The notes under the pieces are model-generated. The model was not told the origin of the DNA. It did no database searches and worked only from the letters and a program-made list of their open reading frames with translations. A stretch of 64,000 bases of DNA from Candidatus Latescibacterota bacterium. GTDB lineage: Bacteria > Latescibacterota > CBDEFO01. The DNA lies in assembly GCA_965248755.1 (NCBI GenBank), contig OZ252149.1, positions 3,648,001 to 3,712,000 of the forward strand, written 5' to 3'. Of the stretch, positions 59,709-64,000 are shown piece by piece. Within the stretch, counting starts at the first letter, position 1. Each line of letters begins with the position of its first letter. Position numbers and translations under genes: made by a program.

Positions 59709-61460
59709 ATGCGAACTTTAAGGCTTGCATTGGCCCAGATAAACCCCACTGTCGGGGATCTTGTCGGGAATAAGAAGAGGATATTGGACTATCTTGAGCG
59801 CTCAAGAAAGGTCGGCGCGGACATTGTAGCTTTTCCCGAACTTGCCATAGCTGGATATCCCCCTGAAGATCTTCTCTTCAAGCCTGAATTCATAGAAGCT
59901 AACCTGCGCTGTCTCGAGGAGATAGTCGAAGCCTCCAGTTCCATTATCTGCATAGTCGGATTCGCGGATGGGGCAGACGACGTATACAACGCCGCCGCCG
60001 TAATCTGTAACGGAAAGCTCTGTGGAGTATATCACAAATTCTACCTTCCCAATTACGGCGTCTTCGACGAGAACAGATACTTCCAGCCCGGCTCAGAGTC
60101 CGTCGTCTTTGCAGTTAACGATATGACTGTTGGAGTGAACATCTGTGAAGATATATGGTATCCGGGAGGTCCCACCAAGGTGCAGGCCCTTGCTGGAGAC
60201 GCAGAGATCATAATCAACATCTCATCCTCACCGTACCACGCTGGGAAGGGCTCACTCAGAGAGAGGATGCTCTCCACAAGAGCCTTTGACAACACGGCCA
60301 TAGTGGCAATGGTCAATGTAGTCGGCGGACAGGACGAGCTCGTCTTCGACGGAGGGAGCCTTATCTTCGACGAGAGTGGGGAACTCATCGCAAGGGGAAA
60401 GCAGTTTGAAGAGGATCTGATCGTAGCAGACCTGGATGCGGACGCTGTCTTCCGACAGAGGCTTCACGACCCTCGACGCAGAGGAGAAAAGGAATCCCTG
60501 AAGGACACTTTGAGGAGAATAGAACTTTGCCCCATAGAGCTCAGCCATAATAAGCCTCCGCTGCCCGAAAGGAATGTAGAGTCCAACAGCAGGCTTGAGG
60601 AGATATACAACGCCCTTGTGCTCGGTGTTAGAGACTATGTGAAGAAGAACAGGTGTGAAAGGGTCCTTGTAGGCTTGAGCGGCGGGATAGATTCATCGCT
60701 TGCGGCAGTCATAGCTGTGGACGCTCTTGGCCCCCCAAACGTGATCGGAGTGACTATGCCATCGGTCTACTCATCTGAGGGCACTAAATCTGACGCTGTC
60801 ATATTAGCCGAAAACCTCAAGATAAAGCTTATAACTTTCCCGATAAATGACATCTTTTCTGCTTACATAAAGACGCTTGAGGAAGAGTTCAGAGGCTTGG
60901 AACCCGGCGTTGCGGAGGAAAATATTCAAGCGCGGATACGCGGCAACCTACTTATGGCGCTCTCTAACAAATTCGGATGGCTCGTCCTTGTGACGGGTAA
61001 TAAGAGTGAAACCGGTGTCGGCTACGCGACGCTCTACGGGGATATGGCCGGTGGCTTTTCAGTCATAAAGGACATATATAAGACCCTCGTCTATGAACTT
61101 TCAGAATACAGAAACTCAAAAGAGGGGATAGAGATCATACCGAAAAGCGTAATAACAAGGGAGCCGTCCGCTGAGTTGAAACCGGACCAAAGGGATGTGG
61201 ATAGCCTGCCGCCTTATTCCACGCTCGACCCTATACTTGAGGCCTACGTGGAACAGGACAGGAGCCTTCAGGAGATAGTATCGCTCGGCTTCGATGAGGC
61301 GGTTGTACAGCGGGTTATCGAGATGGTGGACAGAAACGAGTACAAGCGCCGGCAGGCCCCGCCCGGCATAAAGATAACTCCGAGGGCGTTCGGAAAGGAC
61401 AGAAGGCTACCTATAACCAATAAAAATACAGTAGACAGTAGTCCCCGACCCCCGATTTAA
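59709..61460 (+). CDS. nadE: Glutamine-dependent NAD+ synthetase
   Basis: FPEL, ICEDIW nitrilase domain; GLSGGIDS, ENIQAR, TGNKSE. Confidence 0.96.
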   Translation: MRTLRLALAQINPTVGDLVGNKKRILDYLERSRKVGADIVAFPELAIAGYPPEDLLFKPEFIEANLRCLEEIVEASSSIICIVGFADGADDVYNAAAVICNGKLCGVYHKFYLPNYGVFDENRYFQPGSESVVFAVNDMTVGVNICEDIWYPGGPTKVQALAGDAEIIINISSSPYHAGKGSLRERMLSTRAFDNTAIVAMVNVVGGQDELVFDGGSLIFDESGELIARGKQFEEDLIVADLDADAVFRQRLHDPRRRGEKESLKDTLRRIELCPIELSHNKPPLPERNVESNSRLEEIYNALVLGVRDYVKKNRCERVLVGLSGGIDSSLAAVIAVDALGPPNVIGVTMPSVYSSEGTKSDAVILAENLKIKLITFPINDIFSAYIKTLEEEFRGLEPGVAEENIQARIRGNLLMALSNKFGWLVLVTGNKSETGVGYATLYGDMAGGFSVIKDIYKTLVYELSEYRNSKEGIEIIPKSVITREPSAELKPDQRDVDSLPPYSTLDPILEAYVEQDRSLQEIVSLGFDEAVVQRVIEMVDRNEYKRRQAPPGIKITPRAFGKDRRLPITNKNTVDSSPRPPI

Positions 61461-61610
61461 TCGGGGCTTCAATCGGGGATCGCTTCGCTCTGGGCTTCGG
61501 CTCACCGCAATGACTTTGTTTGGCTTCGGCGCTTATTGATTGCGAGAGGCGCAACGCCCCGAAGCAATCTCCTTGCATGCTGTCTACTCGATTTTAACGG
61601 GAGAACAGTC

Positions 61611-62720
61611 GTGTTTAGATCTCCACTACAAAGCATACACGAACGACTTGGAGCAGTATTTGCCGATTACGAAGGCTGGGAGATGCCTTCCCACTACGGA
61701 GATCGCGTTGGGGAGCATCTTAAAGTCAGAAGTGGTGTAGGCATTGCGGACGTGGGGCACCGAGCCCAGATCAAAATGACGGGGGAGGACAGGAAGGTGT
61801 TCCTCAACAGGATGGTCACCAACGACGTGTACGTCCTTGAGGAAGGAATGGGGGCCTACGCCGCTATGCTCACGCACAACGGAAAGATGATATTCGACAT
61901 GAACGTCTATTGTTTCCGGGACTCTTTGCTTGTAGATGTCGAACCTCAAAACAGAGAGAAGGTGTATCAAAACCTGGATAAGTACATAATCGCAGACGAT
62001 GTGCAGATGGAGGACGTAACAGAACGATTGGGAACTATATCCGTGCAAGGTCCGCAATCCACAAGGCATATTAATGCAGTGCTTAACATGCAGCTTCCCG
62101 ACCTTGGGGAGAATCACTATGTAGCGGCCGAGTTTGAAGATTGGGAACTTACTATCGCGCGGACGATCTATACGGGGGAGATCGGCTACCACATCTTTGC
62201 TCCGGTAGATTCGCTGGAGCCGCTTTGGAATGCCCTCTGTAAAGAAGGCCATAGCGACGCAACGCCCGTCGGTCTGGAGGCCCTGGACGCTCTCAGAATA
62301 GAGGCGGGCATACCTAAATATGGCCCGGACATGGACGAGAACATAATGCCCCCTGAAGCCGGCCTTGAGGAAAGGGCCATAAACTACGAAAAGCAGCTCA
62401 CAAGTCCGGACGGAAGCGGCTGCTACGTCGGTCAGGAAACGATTGCTATGATCAAATATAGAGGCAGAGTCAACAAGCACATAGTAGGTCTGGAGATAGA
62501 GTGCGATCTGCCTCCTGTAAAGGGAGAACAGCTATTCAAAGACGACAAAAAGGTCGGCGTCATAACCAGCGCAATTTTCTCCCCTCTGCTCGAAAAGACC
62601 GTGGCCCTCGGCTACGTCCACAGGAACTACACCGATCCTGGAAATGAACTACTTATATCCATAGATGGGACAAAGAAAAGGGCGCAGGTGGTGGCACTCC
62701 CGTTCTACAGTAAATCGTAA
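61611..62720 (+). CDS. GcvT/YgfZ-family folate-binding aminomethyltransferase-like protein
   Basis: TGEIGY, LRIEAG, GCYVGQE. Confidence 0.88.
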   Translation: MFRSPLQSIHERLGAVFADYEGWEMPSHYGDRVGEHLKVRSGVGIADVGHRAQIKMTGEDRKVFLNRMVTNDVYVLEEGMGAYAAMLTHNGKMIFDMNVYCFRDSLLVDVEPQNREKVYQNLDKYIIADDVQMEDVTERLGTISVQGPQSTRHINAVLNMQLPDLGENHYVAAEFEDWELTIARTIYTGEIGYHIFAPVDSLEPLWNALCKEGHSDATPVGLEALDALRIEAGIPKYGPDMDENIMPPEAGLEERAINYEKQLTSPDGSGCYVGQETIAMIKYRGRVNKHIVGLEIECDLPPVKGEQLFKDDKKVGVITSAIFSPLLEKTVALGYVHRNYTDPGNELLISIDGTKKRAQVVALPFYSKS

Positions 62721-62817
62721 GTAGGGGCGAACAGATCCCGATTGATTCTATCGGGGACAGGCGTGTTCGCCAGGTTTATCCGTATTTTCAGGGCAGACAC
62801 ATGGGTCTGCCTCCTGC
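62721..62817. repeat. GTAG-type REP doublet with nested mini-palindrome
   Basis: GTAGGGGCGAACAG[..]GCGTGTTCGCC ... GGGCAGACAC..GTCTGCC. Confidence 0.7.
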
Positions 62818-62838
62818 AGACCTTTAGGGATCTCGAAT

Positions 62839-63906
62839 GTGGAAGGCCCCACATACATAGGCGATATTCTGAAGGACGAAGAGATCACGGCCTCTGCTCC
62901 GTGCCGCGTTGACGTAAGCGGAACCTGGGATCTTAAGGCATTTGCTCTCCCATACGAAAGCATATCTCCCTCCACCACAAATATAGCTCTTTCGCTCAGG
63001 ACCACAGTCAGATTAAGGCCCTACAGACCGGGCTGGATACTCATAACGGACGTGGAGACATCAGAGGAATTTCCTCAAAGCTACGTTCGCTTCGACAGCC
63101 ACTTCGGGATGATATCCGCCATCGTCTCCCATTTTTCCTTCCACGGGGTGCAGATAGAGATTGACTATCAGGCTCCGCCCAAGAGTGGGCTTGGGGGGTC
63201 AGGGACGCTGGCTGTTGCAGTTATCGCTGCGCTTTCGAGGGTAAATGAAATCTTGGGGAAGACCCCACTATCTTCAGGAGCTATAGCCCAGCTTGCGCAC
63301 GATATAGAGGATGGACTGCGCTACAGCTACACGGGCCTTCAGGATCAATGCGCGGCCGTCTTCGGAGGCGTCAACAGGTGGACGTGGCGTTACTCCTCAT
63401 CCGGTGAGAAATTCATAAGAGAAGTGATAATCACCGATCATAATCACTACGAAGAACTGGAATCCAGAATCATGCTCTGCTATCTTGGAAGAATCCACGA
63501 TTCGAGGGAGGGAAACAAAAAATATGTCCTCGATTTTTTTGGCGGTCAGACAAAAGACAAATGGTTCAGAATAAATCAGATCGGGCACGACTTTGCCGAA
63601 GCTTTGAAATCTAAAGATTGGGAGGGCGCAACGGGGCTCTTAATGGAGGAAAATGAAATACGCTGTTCGATCTTTTCAGATAGAATCACGCCCTTTGGAC
63701 GTAAGCTCCAGAAGGAGGCCGAGGAGTTGGGGTTCGGATTCGGATCGGCAGGAGTCGGAGACGGAGGATGCGTCTGGGCTTTAGGGGACAACAATAACAA
63801 TATTGAAGAACTCAGGAGCTTGTGGGAGCCTATACTTGCCGCTGTTCAGACGGCGCACATACTTGACGACATAAAGATAGACAGGGATGGATTGATAGTG
63901 CGATGA
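62839..63906 (+). CDS. GHMP-family sugar kinase (heptose-7-P kinase-like)
   Basis: [28 protein letters not shown]. Confidence 0.85.
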   Translation: MEGPTYIGDILKDEEITASAPCRVDVSGTWDLKAFALPYESISPSTTNIALSLRTTVRLRPYRPGWILITDVETSEEFPQSYVRFDSHFGMISAIVSHFSFHGVQIEIDYQAPPKSGLGGSGTLAVAVIAALSRVNEILGKTPLSSGAIAQLAHDIEDGLRYSYTGLQDQCAAVFGGVNRWTWRYSSSGEKFIREVIITDHNHYEELESRIMLCYLGRIHDSREGNKKYVLDFFGGQTKDKWFRINQIGHDFAEALKSKDWEGATGLLMEENEIRCSIFSDRITPFGRKLQKEAEELGFGFGSAGVGDGGCVWALGDNNNNIEELRSLWEPILAAVQTAHILDDIKIDRDGLIVR

Positions 63907-64000
63907 AAGACAGGATTCTGGTAAAGGGCGCAAGGGAGCACAATCTCAAGAATATAGATGTGGAGATCCCCCGAGAGAAGTTCGTAGTAATTACGGGGCT
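63903..64000 (+). CDS. uvrA: Excinuclease ABC subunit A, 5' part
   Basis: [32 protein letters not shown]. Confidence 0.92.
   Translation, partial: MKDRILVKGAREHNLKNIDVEIPREKFVVITG

Overview
Bacterial chromosomal window. A C-terminal AVEPATWGKIK motif and a lamin-tail/FlgD-Ig protein hint at an FCB-group or Poribacteria/Latescibacterota-like lineage (inference only). A housekeeping backbone (pgm, rsmD, coaD, proS, gpsA, plsY, der, tRNA-Gly, lexA, nadE, uvrA start) is interleaved with accessory regions. (i) Tandem DUF59-fusion paralogs and TPR proteins. (ii) An IS hotspot at 7.5-15.3 kb with five IS3-family copies, including a probable composite transposon carrying a disrupted UvrD/GajB-like helicase. 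(iii) An integrase-less integron cassette cluster at 28.9-31.5 kb with an Abi/UG(DRT)-type reverse transcriptase cassette, a hicBA pair whose toxin is dead, and a duplicated ~170-bp leader running from attC to the ATG. (iv) A second, decaying cassette array plus an intI relic at 44-48 kb. (v) Two IS1380 copies. The most striking unannotated signal is a 15-23 bp palindrome (CCCCGAT-AGANTCA-ATCGGGG; short form CCCGAT-TTA-ATCGGG) at 14 loci. It sits inside an IS, inside larger REP-like hairpins, inside itself, in-frame in an enzyme, and at gene ends where it supplies stop codons.
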